NCBI GenBank assembly: GCA_009914755.4
Contig: CP086569.2
Location: 8,064,001 to 8,128,000, forward strand
Direction: 5' to 3'
DNA: 64,000 nt
Source: the human T2T-CHM13v2.0 reference genome, Homo sapiens
Below are positions 35,801 to 50,502 of the stretch, piece by piece (position 1 is the first letter of the stretch; each line of letters begins with the position of its first letter). The position numbers and the translations under genes are program-made. The notes under the pieces were generated by a model. It worked only from the letters and a program-made list of their open reading frames with translations, was not told the DNA's origin and made no database searches.

Positions 35801-37908
35801 AATCCAAAAAGTCACAACACCTGGGTACTAGGCCAAAACCTTTTGTCTCTGATGTTGACACCATTAAATATAAGCTGGGTGTGTATAACAGAGCCACACT
35901 TTTGCATGTTTCCTACCTTTTTTTATGACACTCTACAACATTTGAAGGCTTTATACAGCATCCATGAGAGTGGCAAACCACTCTGACCCCTACTTGCTAG
36001 TATGGATTCACGATCTTACACATTGCCCTAAAACCCAGGTTTTATGTCTTCTGTAGGCTGGATTAAGGATGAGATCCATTATTACTTTTGTGAGCTGGAT
36101 GTAAAAATGGGTCACCATCCCACCTGTGGTGAGATACACATAGGAAGGTCAAATTCCAACTTTGTACTGTAGTTACTTTTTGGAATCAGGACCTTAACAG
36201 TGGGCTTTGGCCATGTGGGATGGAAACATTTGCTTTCATTTAGGTGCATAATCAAGAATCCCAATCTGAACATTTTGCTGGTCCTTGTCTTGAAACTCTC
36301 TGCATCTCCCAAGGAAGGTGTTATAAGTAAGTGTTTTAATGTTCTGTAAGCTTTGTACAAATATGCAACCGAGGACCTTTCATATTGCCCTGAGCCTAGT
36401 GACGAAAGGCAAAATATCTCCTATTGGTTGAATTTCAATATAAGTTTGACCATCATGCCTGTGATCTCAAGTAATGTGTATGTCACAGTCCCATTTGTGA
36501 GCAAAAACTATGCAGCAGGGTAACATCTCTTTGGTGCTGTGCCAAGCAACATGTCACAATACCCTCCCTAGGCAGGGTACAGGAATTAGAGTCACATTAA
36601 ATTGGTGCTGGACTCAGCAATACAAAACCATCTTACCTGTGAAAGAGACCCAGCCAAAAGATAAGAATCAGAACACCTACATGATGGGCCCAGGACATGT
36701 CAAAATACGTTCCGTGGCTCCAGGACAGTCATGAGTCATGATATAATGTCCTCCTCTGGACAGTAAATTAACAGGGTTTGGCCCCAGCAATATACCATAC
36801 CTCTCTGTGTTTGCAGGACTTAGGCAAAAGAGGAACGTAACCTGGGTGCTGGGCCCTGCAATAGGCCAACAATTCTGATTGTGGGAATGGTTTCAGAAAA
36901 TAAGGAGAGTCAAACAACCTGAGTTCTGGGCTCTGCAATCCATTCATTGTAAAAATCAGACAGAAGATGAGTCACTTCACTTTAGTCTTGGGCTCAGAGA
37001 TATATCCCAATGTTCCCAGTATGCAGGTCCCATGAAGAAAAGGACAGTCATATCACTTAGGTGCTTCCGTAGTTGTATGTCACAATCTAACATGTGGGCA
37101 GAAACCAGGCAGAAGAGCCACACCACCTGGGTATGGCCTCAAGCAATATGTCACCATGCCCAATGTAGACAGTTTGCAGAAAATAAAGAAAATCACACCA
37201 CCTGGGTGCTGGGCTCAGAAATATGTAATAATTTCCTTTATTGGTACAATTCAGGACAAAGAGAACATTAATGTCACCTAGGTTTTGCACTCAGTTCAGG
37301 ACAAAGAGAACATTAATGTCACCAAGTTTTGCACTCACAATTTCTTCAGTGGACAGGATCCAGGCAGGAGAGCAGAGTCACCTTAGCTATATGCTATATC
37401 TAGCAATATGTTACAGAGTTCCCTATGGAAAAGGCACTGACAGGAGAGACATCTTACCTAGCCAACAGGCACAGAGATATGTGAAAATATCCCCTGTTTG
37501 CAGAGCCCAGGCAGAAGAGTCACAGTATTATGTTCTGATCCATTGATATGTAACATGCCCTTCTGGAAAATAATTTGAACCAAAAAGTCTCAACACTGGG
37601 GTACCAGGTCAAGGATATGACACAATCTCCTCAACTTTAAGGGTGACACCATTAACTGTTACCTAGTTGTGCATATGTCAGTCACAAACTCACGTGGGTG
37701 CTGGCCATTGTGTGACACTCTATACAACCTCTGAGAACTTTAAACAACATCCATGAGAGTTGAAAACTCACTGAGGCCTACATGCTTATATGGACTCATG
37801 ATCTTACATATTTCACTAAGCTCAGATATGACAGTCAACATCTCTCTTACACATGCTGGCTTCAGGGAGGAGACCATTATTAGCCCTGTGAGCTGGGTCC
37901 AGAATTGA

Positions 37909-38335
<427 letters not shown>

Positions 38336-41300
38336 GGTAATAACTTTTACTTTCACCTGAATGTGTTGTGGAGAGTCACAATACTAATATTTTTCTGGAC
38401 CCTCTTATGAAATTGTCTGTACCACCCAAGAAGGTTTTGTAATATAAGTTAGTGTTGTAAAATTCTGTAAGCTTGTTCAACTAAGCAATGAAGGACTTTA
38501 CCTACTGACCTAAACCTAGTGGTGAAAGGCAAAATATATCCAATTGGCTGAATCCCAATAGAAGCATGATCGTCATGCTTTTGAACTGAAGAAATGTATA
38601 TGTCATAACAATTTGTGGACAAAAATCTAGACAGAAGGTTGACATCACTTAGGTGCTACGGCAAGAAACATGATACAATACCTTGTGTAGGGGGGTCATA
38701 GGAAACAGGGTCACATTAACTGGGCTCTGGAGCCAGCAATATGGCACAACCTCACATGGAAGAAATCTAGCAAAGTGAGGAGACCCAAAACACATATGGA
38801 GTGGGCCAAAGATATATAAAAATAGCTTCTGTGGCTCTGGCACAGGCAGGAGAGTCACATCATTAGCATGCTAGGCCCAGCAATATGCTGAAATTCCTTC
38901 TTTATGCATGGCCCATGCATAAGTGTAACATAATCCAGGTGGGGGGACCTGAACTACAGCAAAATTCCTGTTTGTGAGCATTGTTTGGCAACATGATGAG
39001 AGTCACGTTTCCTAAGTACTGGACTCATCAGCATGTCACAATCTTCCCATTGTAAAAGCTTAGACAGAATAAGAAACTCACATCACTTAGGCCATGGGGT
39101 CAAAGATATGACCCAATAACACAAGTAGGCAGTGCTCAGGCGGAAATAGACAGTCATAACACCTAGATGCTTTTTTAGGTATATGTCACAATTTCATCCA
39201 TGTCCAGTCCTTTCATTCAGTTCTTTCTTTCTATCAGCTGGGTGTGCATACAAGACTCACAATTTCACCTGTATGCTGAGCCCTTCTTTGATTCTGCATG
39301 TATAACCCAAAGACTGTAAAATATGTGTGAGTGTTGTAATATTTTGTGACCTTTGTAGAAGAAGGTGATATGGGATATCACACATGTCCCTAAATGTAGT
39401 TATAATAGTCAAAATATCCTCTATTGTCTGAGTACACATGTAAGAGTCATTATCATTTCTGAGAGCCATGCCTAGGTATCAGTTACAACATTCTCTGTGG
39501 TTATAAAGCAGGCTGAATAGTCATATCGCCTAAATTCTGGACCAAACATATTCCAATATTCTCTTTGGAGGCAGGGTCGTGTCAGAAATGTCACATAACT
39601 TGTGTGCTAGATACAGCTCTGTGGCACAATGTTATTTGCGGGCAGTGTCCAGGCAGAAGAGGAGAGTCATATCACCTAAATGTTGAGCCCCAAAATATGT
39701 CACAATGTCTCCTATTGGCAGGACACAGACAAAATTGTCATATCATTTGGATATAGTGTTTAGAAATGCTACAATTACCAAAGCGAGCTGGGTACAGGCA
39801 GGAGAGGGGAGCCATGTAACCTAGGTGATGTGTCCAGAAATATGTTACAAAATCCCCTGAGGACATTGTTAAGATAGCAAGAGTCAAATCACCAAGGTGC
39901 TTGACCCAGGTGTTTGTCAAGATCTCATTTGTGGGTGATACCTAGGCAGAATTATTAAATCTCTCAGGAGCTGGGCAAAGGTACATGTCACAATTACACC
40001 TGTGGAAAAGTTTAAGAGTCACCATACTGCACATGTCTTGGCTCCAGGCGTATTAGCTGTTATTAGGCTTTTGTTATGGTCTCAGGTATATGGCACAATA
40101 TCACCTCTGGTCAGAGAGAATGCAAGAAAGTCACATCACCTACATGGGTGTGGCTCCATTGAGATATCACAATCCACCCTGTGGGCAGAACCTTGGCAGA
40201 AAAGTCACATCACCTGGCTGCTGGTTTGAGTGACATCAAAGCCCCATTGTGAACATGACTTTGGAAAGAGGGGAGACTCAGTTAACCTAGGCAATTGACC
40301 TAGGTATATGTCACAATGGCCCTTATGTGCAGTACCAAGGCTGGAGAGTGACCTCACATTGGCCCGTTGGTTCAGCAATATGTCACAATCGGCCTGTGGT
40401 GAGGGCACAGGCAAAAGTGAAGAAATATCACCTTAGGTTCTGAGCTGAGTGATATGTTACAATGCTTCCTGCTAGAAGAATGCAAAAAAGAGTATCTCAA
40501 CACCTGGATGAAGTGCCCAGTTAAGTGTCACAATTCACTGTAACTGAAGGGCCAAGGCAGTACAAAGGAGTCACATCACTTATGTGATGGACCTAGATAT
40601 AGGACACAATTTTCTTTGTAGTCAGGCTTCAGGCAGATAATTTACATCACCTTGGTGATGGTACCAGTAATATATAAAAGTACCCTTTTTAGGCAGACTC
40701 AAGGAACATGTTATATATTGCTTAGGTGCCTGTTCCACATATGGCACAATTTCATTGTGGTCTGAGCCTAGAAAAGAGAGTCAGATTATTTATGTGCTGG
40801 GCAAAGTTACCTGCCCCAATCACATGCTAAGAAAGGTTCAGAAATAATTTTCACAACCCACACAAGTCCTGGTTTCATGTATGTGAATCAATCCTGTCTA
40901 TGACTTAGGCCAAAGTAGAGGAGTCACAATCTGAACAATGGGCAAGATCCATGTATAAGAGCCCCAATGACTTATTGTGTCAATGAGATTGTGTCATATC
41001 ACTGGGCTTAGTAGCCCATTGTTAGAACTTTTGTTTAAATTGTTTCCCATGTGTGCATTATAACACTCTTCTGCCTGGGTACTGCAAACAAGAAATATTG
41101 TCACATGTCTCTGAGCCTATCTGCTAGGTGATTTGTCTGTTTTAGCTGTGCTTTGCTCCCAGGGAACATTGTGACATCTTTTAATGTGGCACCTAGGAAA
41201 TGTGACTTCTCTTTTCTGCCTAGGTCCTGTGCACTAAAGAAATATGTACATAGTGCTGAATGCAAAACTTAAATAATGCAACTCTCCTCTTTTTTTCTGG

Positions 41301-42691
41301 AGTCTGAAAAAAGAGGGCATTATTAAATATTGCTGAGGCTAGCACCTTAATGCTGTATCCAGATGATATAACTCTTCTGACTTGGCACTGTCTGCAAAAG
41401 AGATTATAATGTATTCTGAGCTCAAAATCCTGGTGATGAGACTCTTCTTCCTTAGTTCTGCCCACAGGAGAAATAGTGACATATACATGAGTTCAGCTCA
41501 CATGTACAAATATAGCTATCATACCTGGACCCATAAAGAAGAGACATTTGGACTCTCAAAACTGGTCGTATGTCCATAAGTAAAGCAATGGGTCTACTAA
41601 TTTTATAAAGTTCACAGAGGACTATGACACTCAGGCATATGATATAAATCCTGAGTGAGTCAGGATTTATACTCAATGTGACTACTATTGAGTATAAAAC
41701 CTAGGTGATATATCCACAGGGACAGCAAGCCATTGCTATTGTGACTCTTGGATAAACACTCAGCTGGCACATTTATGTATCACTGGGACCAGCATCCAGG
41801 TGATGTGAATTCTTTGCCTGAGTGCTGCCTAAAAAGAGCATTTTGGCTTATATCTAGATCAATCAAGTAAGTGATGTGACTCTCTTCTACTGCCTTCACC
41901 CTGCACTTATGGTGCATTGAACACATAACTGGGTTCTGCACCCAGGTGATGTGACTCTCCCTTTTGGGTTCTGCCAACAAGAAGCTTTGTAACATATCAC
42001 TTTGCTCAGCACCTAAGTCATGTTTCTTCTATCTTATCTCGACCTGATCACAGGGGAGACTGTGACATATTGATAAGTCCAGCACCAAGGCGTGGTCACT
42101 TTCACACCTTGGTTTTGCACATAGCAGCCATTGTGATGTGTATCTATTCCAATTGCCTAGGTTACATGAGCCTCCTCTCTTTCTTAATCCTTGCCAACAG
42201 GTGGAATTTTGATATATCACTAAAACCAGCATCCAGATGATATGATTCTTCTTCCAGGGTCCTGCCCACAGATGGATTGTGACATCTCACTGGACCAGCA
42301 CCCACCCAGGTGTGGTGACCTTCCCACTTGCTTGCCACCCACAGGTGATATTGTGCCATGTACTTAAGATGAGATAAGAGGACTAATGATGACTCTTAAA
42401 TCCGGAGACAGGTCATATGCAAGATGGTGACTCCCAATCCTGAAGCATTTCACTAGTGTGATTGTGACATATACATTTGCCCAGCTTCTGAGTGATTTCA
42501 TAATCCTGCCTAGGTGTAGTCCACAGGTGAGATTCACACATATACTTCAGCTGGTCACCACGGTGATTTGACTCACCTGTCTTAACAATATCCTCAGAAA
42601 GTATTGTAATATGTCTCTGAATCCATCATCTAGGTTACCTGTCTCTCCTCCTCTGCCTGGACCCTGCTTCCATTGGGGATTGTAGCAATAT

Positions 42692-42768
42692 TTTTCCTTT
42701 TTCTTTTTTCTTTTTGTCACCTAGGTTGGAGTGCAGTGGTGCAATCTCAGCTCACTGCAACCACCGCC
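42692..42768 (-). mobile_element. Severely 5'-truncated Alu (only ~55 bp of the 3' end plus T-rich tail) inserted in the satellite with a ~15-bp TSD TTGTAGCA(A)TATTTTT
   Basis: tttttcctttttcttttttctttttgtcacctaggttggagtgcagtggtgcaatctcagctcactgcaaccaccgcct is the reverse complement of the Alu 3' end. It is flanked by gattgtagcaatattttt on the left and ggaggttgtagcattttt on the right. The uninterrupted copy at 52660 reads ccagtgcagactgtagcatttttatgcac. Confidence 0.6.
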
Positions 42769-45700
42769 TTGGAGGTTGTAGCATTTTTAAGCACTGCATG
42801 CAAATGACATGACTCTCTTTCCTCATCCTTTCAAGCAACTTTTCTTCCCGGAAATTGCCTACAAGGAGAATATTTGAAAATTCCTGATTCAGCATGTAGG
42901 TGTCTTGGCTATCACACCTGTTTCATTACCACAGAGAAAACTGACATATAACTAGGCACAACTCATAGGCATAATAATGACTCATACCTCACAAATAGGA
43001 GTAATTTTTGACTCTCGTTATGGGCTTTAGAAATATAAGTGATTAATACTCTCAGCTAAAAAAAAAAAGGTCTGAGATTATAATGGCCTCAGAAATTTTA
43101 TAAAGCCTTTGGCTTGTGCAGAGAGTTTAATGACAGAACACAGAAGAAAGATAAAATTCTGAGTCTCATACACACATCCAGCTGATAGTAAAGACCGTCA
43201 CCATCTCATATATATGAAGCCAGATGTCACTACTGAAAACAAGATATGTGCGGTATTGTAAATCTTATCCAGGAAATTTTCTGCCAGTGTGGCTGTGACA
43301 TAAATATTTGCCAAGCACCTCTGTGATTTGACTCTCCAGACTGGTTTCATCCCACATATGTTATTGTGATATGTACCTAGGCCAACCTCTAGGTGAGGTA
43401 ATTCTCCTGCCTGGGCCTTGCTGTCAGTGAGAATCATAACATATCAGTAGATTCAGCACCCTAGTCATGTTATGTTTTTGCCTGAGCCCTGCCTACAGAA
43501 ATCACTGTGACATATCACTAGGTCAACAACTTACGTGATGTAAGTCTCCTCATTTTAATGGGCCCTGTGCATTGTGGGGGATAGTGACATATGGCTGGGC
43601 TAGAAACAAAGCTGATGGTACTCTTTTGTGAGGGCCATGTCCTAAAAAGGGCATTATGACAAATCTCTGGGTCTTCACCTAGGTGATTTTGCTCTCCTAC
43701 TTGGGTCATGTTTACCTGTATAGTGACATGTTGCTAGGCTAAGTACAAATGTAATGCTACACTTTCACCAGGGCCATGCTTCAGGGGGACATTGTGACAT
43801 ATCTCTGGGCCTATCACTTAGGTGATATGACTCCCTGCTTGGGTCCTGCCCACATAGAGCATTGAAACATAAGGGCAAAAACTGCACCAGTTTGCTGTCT
43901 CTTGCTTGGGTCCTGTCCTAAGGGAGCCTTGTGACATAGCTCAGGATCCAGCATCAAGGTGATGTGGCTCTTTTGCCTGTTTTCACCTAACATGTAAGAT
44001 TGTGTCATGTATCTAGGGAAGCAACTACCTGATATGTGATATGAGTCTTCTGTTCTGTTTGAGCCCTGCCTACTTGGGATATTTGGCCATATATCTGAGC
44101 TCATGTCCTAAGTGATGTGACCCTGTTTTTCCACCAGAGACTTTATAATGGGTTAATGTGAACTATTTCTAAGTCCAATACTTAGATAATATAACTCTTC
44201 ATTTTTTCCTGAACTTTTCCCTAAGAAGAGGAATTGTGACATATTACTGGGCTGAGCACACAGATGATGCTTCTCTGCTGCCTGGGTCATTCATAAAGAG
44301 AGAATTATGGCATATATTTGGGCCCCCAACCCTGATGATGTAAGTCTCCTGCCTGTGACATAGCAACAGAAAGTATTTTAACATACCTTGGGCCCATGTT
44401 GTAGGTGTGTTTGCTCTCATCATTTGTCTATTTTTCTTCCAAATTTGGGATTGTGTTATATTGCTGGTTCCAGCAGCCCAGTTAATGTAACCTTCATTTC
44501 TACATCCTGCTTAGAGGGCATTGTGACATATTGCTTGGCAGAACACCTAAGTTGTGCTACCCTCTTGCCAAGTTTTTTCCTACAAATTGGATTATTAAAT
44601 TTACATTGCTTCTATTCAGAGGGATGATGATCAAATTTAAATTGTGATTACACCAATAGTTCATATTTTGCCTCTCGTCGCTATGTATATGGCAATAGGT
44701 AATGTTATGAGTTGTATATTTGTACAAAACTTAGAGAATGTTACAACTCTAACTCAGATTCTATAAACTTACTGGGTGGTACACAGAGTTTTATAACAGG
44801 GTCCAGCAAAAGATTAAGATTGTGATTCTTGATTACATATGCAGATGAGAACAAATGTTGTCATCATCCCACATTTACAAAAGCCACTGTTGAATTCCTG
44901 AATCTAACAAGTAAATAAGGTACAAAGATGGAATTTTGACTTTCATATGTGGATCTTGCTACAGATGAGATGGTGACTTATTTCTGGACACAGATCACAG
45001 GCATAATAATGAGTCTCCCATCTCAACCCAGCCTATAAGGGAGATGTTGACTCATAGCTGGGTTTAAAGCAATATATAAGATTGTGAGTCACTATGAGCA
45101 TGTATGCCTCAGAGTGGATTGCTACTCTTATGTATGTTGCATAAAGCTTTCCAATGTTGTAGAATGTGTCATACGGTGAGCCAGAAAACACATGAGATTG
45201 TCACTCTCATATACACATCAAGCTAGAAGTTAAAGATGTCACACTAAAAAATGAAGAGATTGTGTCCTATCTCTAGGCCTAGTACTCCTAGGCGTTGAGA
45301 ATTTTTTGCTTAAATTCTCTTTTTTTTTTTTTTTACTGAAAATATTATGTTTATTTATTTATTTATTTATTAGTATTATTATACTTTAAGTTTTAGGGTA
45401 CATGTGCACAATGTGCAGGTTAGTTACATATGTATACATGTGCCATGCTGGTGTGATGCACCCATTAACTCATCATTTAGCAGTAGGTATATCTCCTAAT
45501 GCTATCCCTCCCTCCTCCGTCCACCCCACAACACTCCCCAGAGTGTGATGTTCCCCTTTCTATGTCCATGTGTTCTCACTGTTCAATTCCCACCTATGAG
45601 TGAGAATATGCAATGTTTGGTTTTTTGTCCTTGTGATACTTTACTGAGAATAATGATTTCCAATTTCATCCATGTCCCTACAAAGGACATGAACTCATAA

Positions 45701-46526
45701 TTTTTATATGGCTGCATAGTATTCCATGGTATATATGTGCCACATTTTCTTAATCCAGTCTATCAGTGTTGGACATTTGGGTTGGTTCCAAGTCTTTGCT
45801 ATTGTGAATAGTGCCGCAATAAACATATGTGTTCATGTGTCTTTATAGCAGCATGATTTATAGTCCTTTGGGTATATACCCAGTAATGGGATGGCTGGGT
45901 CAAATGATATTTCAAGTTCTAGATCCCTGAGGAATCGCCACACTGACTTCCACAGTGGTTGAACTGGTTTACAGTCCCACCAACAGTGTAAAAGTGTTCC
46001 AATTTCTCTACATCCTCTCCAGCACCTGTTGTTTCCTGATTTTTTAGTAATTGCCATTCTAACTGTGTGAGATGGTATCTCATTGTGGTTTTGATTTGCA
46101 TTTCTCTGATGGTCAGTGATGGTGAGCATTTTTTCATGTGTTTTTTGGCTGCATAAATGTCTTCTTTTGAGAAGTGTCTGTTCATGTCCCTCACCCACAT
46201 TTTGATGGGTTTGTTTGTTTTTTTCTTGTAAATTTGAGTTCATTGTAGATTCTGGATATTAGCCCTTTGTCAGACGAGTAGGTTACAAAAATTTTCTCCC
46301 ATTCTGTAGGTTGCCTGTTCACTCTGATGGTAGTTTCTTTTGCTGTGCAGAAGCTCGTTAGTTTAACTAGATCCCATTTGTCAATTTTGGCTTTTGTTGT
46401 CATTGCTTTTGGTGTTTTAGACATGAAGTCCTTGCCCATGACTATGTCCTGAATGGTAATGCCTAGGTTTTCTTCTAGGGTTTTTATAGTTTTACATCTA
46501 ACATTTAAGACTTTAATCCATCTTTA

Positions 46527-46709
<183 letters not shown>

Positions 46710-46712
46710 CTA

Positions 46713-46820
<108 letters not shown>

Positions 46821-46937
46821 TTAGGATTGACTTGGAGATGTAGGCTCTTTTTTGGTTCCATATGAACTTTAAAGTAGTTTTTGCAATTCTGTGAAGAAAG
46901 TCATTGGTAGCTTGATGGGGAGGGCATTGAATCTTTA

Positions 46938-47977
<1,040 letters not shown>

Positions 47978-48835
47978 TCAGTCCTGTCCTGGACTCTTTT
48001 TGGTTGGTAAGCTATTGATTATGGCCAAAATTTCAGATCCTGTTATTGGTCTATTCAGAGATTCAATTTCTTCCTGGTTTAGTCTTGGGAGGGTGTATGT
48101 GTCGAGAAATTTATCTATTTCTTCTAGATTTTCTAGTTTATTTACGTAGAGGTGTTTGTAGTATTCTCTGGTGGTAGCTTGTATTTCTGTGGGATCGGTG
48201 GTGATATCCCCTTTATTATTTTTTATTGCGTCTATTTGATTCTTCTCTCTTTTTTTCTTTATTAGTCTTGCTAGCGGTCTATCAATTTTGTTGATCCTTT
48301 CAAAAAACCAGCTCCTGGTTTCATTAATTTTTTGAAGGGTTTTTAGTGTCTCTGTTTCCTTCAGTTATGCTCTGATTTTAGTTATTTCTTGCCTTCTGCT
48401 AGATTTTGAATGTGTTTGCTCTTGCTTCTCTAGTTCTTTTAATTGTGATGTTAGGATGTCAATTTTGGATCTTTCCTGCTTTCTCTTGTGGGCATTTAGT
48501 GCTATAAATTTCTCTCTACATACTGGTTTGAATGTGTCCCAGAGATTCTTGTATGTTGTGTCTTTGTTCTCGTTGGTTTCAAAGAACATCTTTATTTCTG
48601 CCTTCATTTCATTATTTACCCAGTAGTAATTCAGGAGCAGGTTGTTCAGTTTCCATGTAGTTTGGCGGTTTTGAGTGAGTTTCTTAATCCTGATTTCCAG
48701 TTTGATTGCACTGTGGTCTGAGAGATAGTTTGTTGTAATTTCTGATCTTTTACATTTGCTGAGGAGAGCTTCACTTCCAACTATGTGGTCAATTTTGGAA
48801 TAGGTGTGGTGTGGTGTTGAAAAGAATGTATCTGT

Positions 48836-48935
48836 CTAATGTTGACAGTGGGATGATGACAGTGGGGTGTTGACAGTGGGGTGTTCACAGTGAGGTGTTA
48901 AACAGAGGGGTGTTGACAGTGGGGTGTTAAAGTCT
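48836..48935. repeat. 14-bp tandem expansion (tgacagtggggtgt)x~6 inside the L1 ORF2 endonuclease-coding region
   Basis: Consensus L1 reads …ctaatgttgacagtggggtgttaaagtctccc…. Here it reads ctaatgttgacagtgggatgatgacagtggggtgttgacagtggggtgttcacagtgaggtgttaaacagaggggtgttgacagtggggtgttaaagtctccc. Confidence 0.7.
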
Positions 48936-49814
48936 CCCATTATTATTGTGTGGGAGTCTAAGTCTGTTTGTAGATCACTCAGGACTTGCTTTGTGAATCT
49001 GGGTGCTCCTGTATTGGGTGCATATATATTTAGGATAGTTAGCTCTTCTTGTTGAATTGATGACTTTACCATTATGTAATGGCCTTCTTTGTCTCTTTTT
49101 ATCTTTGTTGGTTTAAAGTCTGTTTTATCAGAGACTAGGATTGCAACCCCTGCCCTTTTTTGTTTCCATTTGCTGGTAGATCTTCCTCCATCCTTTTATT
49201 TTGAGCCTGTGTGTCTCTGCATGTGAGATGGGTTTCCTGAATACAGCACACTGATGGGTCTTGACTCTGTGTCCAATTTGCCTGTCTGTGTCATTTAATT
49301 GGAGCATTTAGTCCTTTTACATTTAAAGTTAGTATTGTTATGTGTGAATTGATCCTGTCGTTGTGATGTTAGCTGGTTATTTTGTTCGTTAGTTGATGCA
49401 GTTTCTTCCCAGACTTGATGTCGTTACAATTTGGCATGATTTTGCAGTGGTTGGTACTGGTTGTTCCTTTCCATGTTTAGTGCTTCCTTCAGGAGCTCTT
49501 TTAGGGGAGGCCTGGTGGTGACAAAATCTCTCAGCATTTGCTTGTCTGTAAAGTATTTTATTTCTCCTTCACTTATGAAGCTTAGTTTGGCTGGATATGA
49601 AATTCTGGGTTGAAAATTCTTTTCTTTAAAAATGTTGAATATTGGTCCCCACTCTCTTCTGCCTTGTAGAGTTTCTGCTGAGAAATCCACTGTTTTTACT
49701 ATACTGCATAGGTCATACAGAAAAAGAAAATTATAGCATATAGCTGCACCCAGCTCCCTAATGATATGACTCTTCTGCCTATGCCAGAGCCACAGAAGGT
49801 ATTTTGACACATCC

Positions 49815-50502
49815 ATTGTTTAGATGAATGTATAACTAGAATAACCAATGCAGAGACCTCCTTAAAGGAGCTGGTGAAGCTGAAAGCCAAGGCTCGAGAA
49901 CTGCGTGAAGAATGCAGAAGCCTCAGGAGCCGATGCAATCAACTGGAAGAAAGAATGTCAATGATGGAAGATGAAACGAATGAAATGAAGCAGGAAGGGA
50001 AGTTTAGAGAAAAAAGAATAAAAAGAAAGGAGCAAAACCTCCAAGAAATATGGGACTATGTGAAAAGACCAACTCTACGTCTGATTGGTGTACCTGAAAG
50101 TGACGGGGAGAATGGAACCAAGTTGGAAAACACTCTGCAGGATATTATCCAGGAGAACTTCCCCAACCTAGAAAGGCAGGCCAACATTCAAATTCAGGAA
50201 ATACAGAGAACACCACAAAGATACTCCTCCAGAAGAGCAACTCCAAGACACATAATTGTCAGATTCACCAAAGTTGAAATGAAGGAAAAAATGTTAAGGG
50301 CAGCCAGAGAGAAAGGTCGGGTTACCCACAAAGGGAAGCCCATCAGACTAACAGCGGATCTCTCAGCAGAAACTCTACAAGCCAGAAGAGAGTGGGGGCC
50401 AATATTTAACATTCTTAAAGAAATGAATTTTCAACCCAGAATTTCAGATCCAGCCAAACTAAGCTTCATAGGTGAAGGAGAAATAAAATACTTTACAGAC
50501 AC
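49815..50502 (+). mobile_element. Inverted L1 ORF1 segment (codons ~95-300) forming the 5' end of the complex L1 insertion. It overlaps by ~45 codons with the ORF1 portion present in the minus-strand body.
   Basis: tttagatgaatgtataactagaataaccaatgcagagacctccttaaaggagctggtgaagctgaaagccaaggctcgagaactgcgtgaagaatgcagaagcc matches the L1 ORF1 coiled-coil region. The match ends at …gaaataaaatactttacagaca. Both this segment and the minus segment encode SAETLQ.RREWGPIFNI.KE.NFQPRIS.PAKLSFI.EGEIKYFTD. Confidence 0.8.

Noticed and set aside
40921-41035. Idea that the polarity-switch junction is a perfect palindrome whose two arms break at the identical HOR position
   Set aside because: Not rejected outright, but not supported well enough to assert. 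The first '-' monomer (attgtgtcatatcactgggcttagtagcccattgttagaac…) only loosely matches the HOR piece expected for a mirror image, and downstream block spacing is not mirror-symmetric. It is reported as a hypothesis to test.
49424-49816. 130-codon minus-strand ORF that fuses beta-satellite-derived codons to the L1 ORF1 C-terminus (MDVSKYLLWLWHRQKSHIIRELGAAICYNFLFLYDLCSIVKTVDFSAETLQ…)
   Set aside because: A chance in-frame read-through across the L1/satellite junction, with no promoter or evidence of function. It was useful only for locating the junction at ~49,690.
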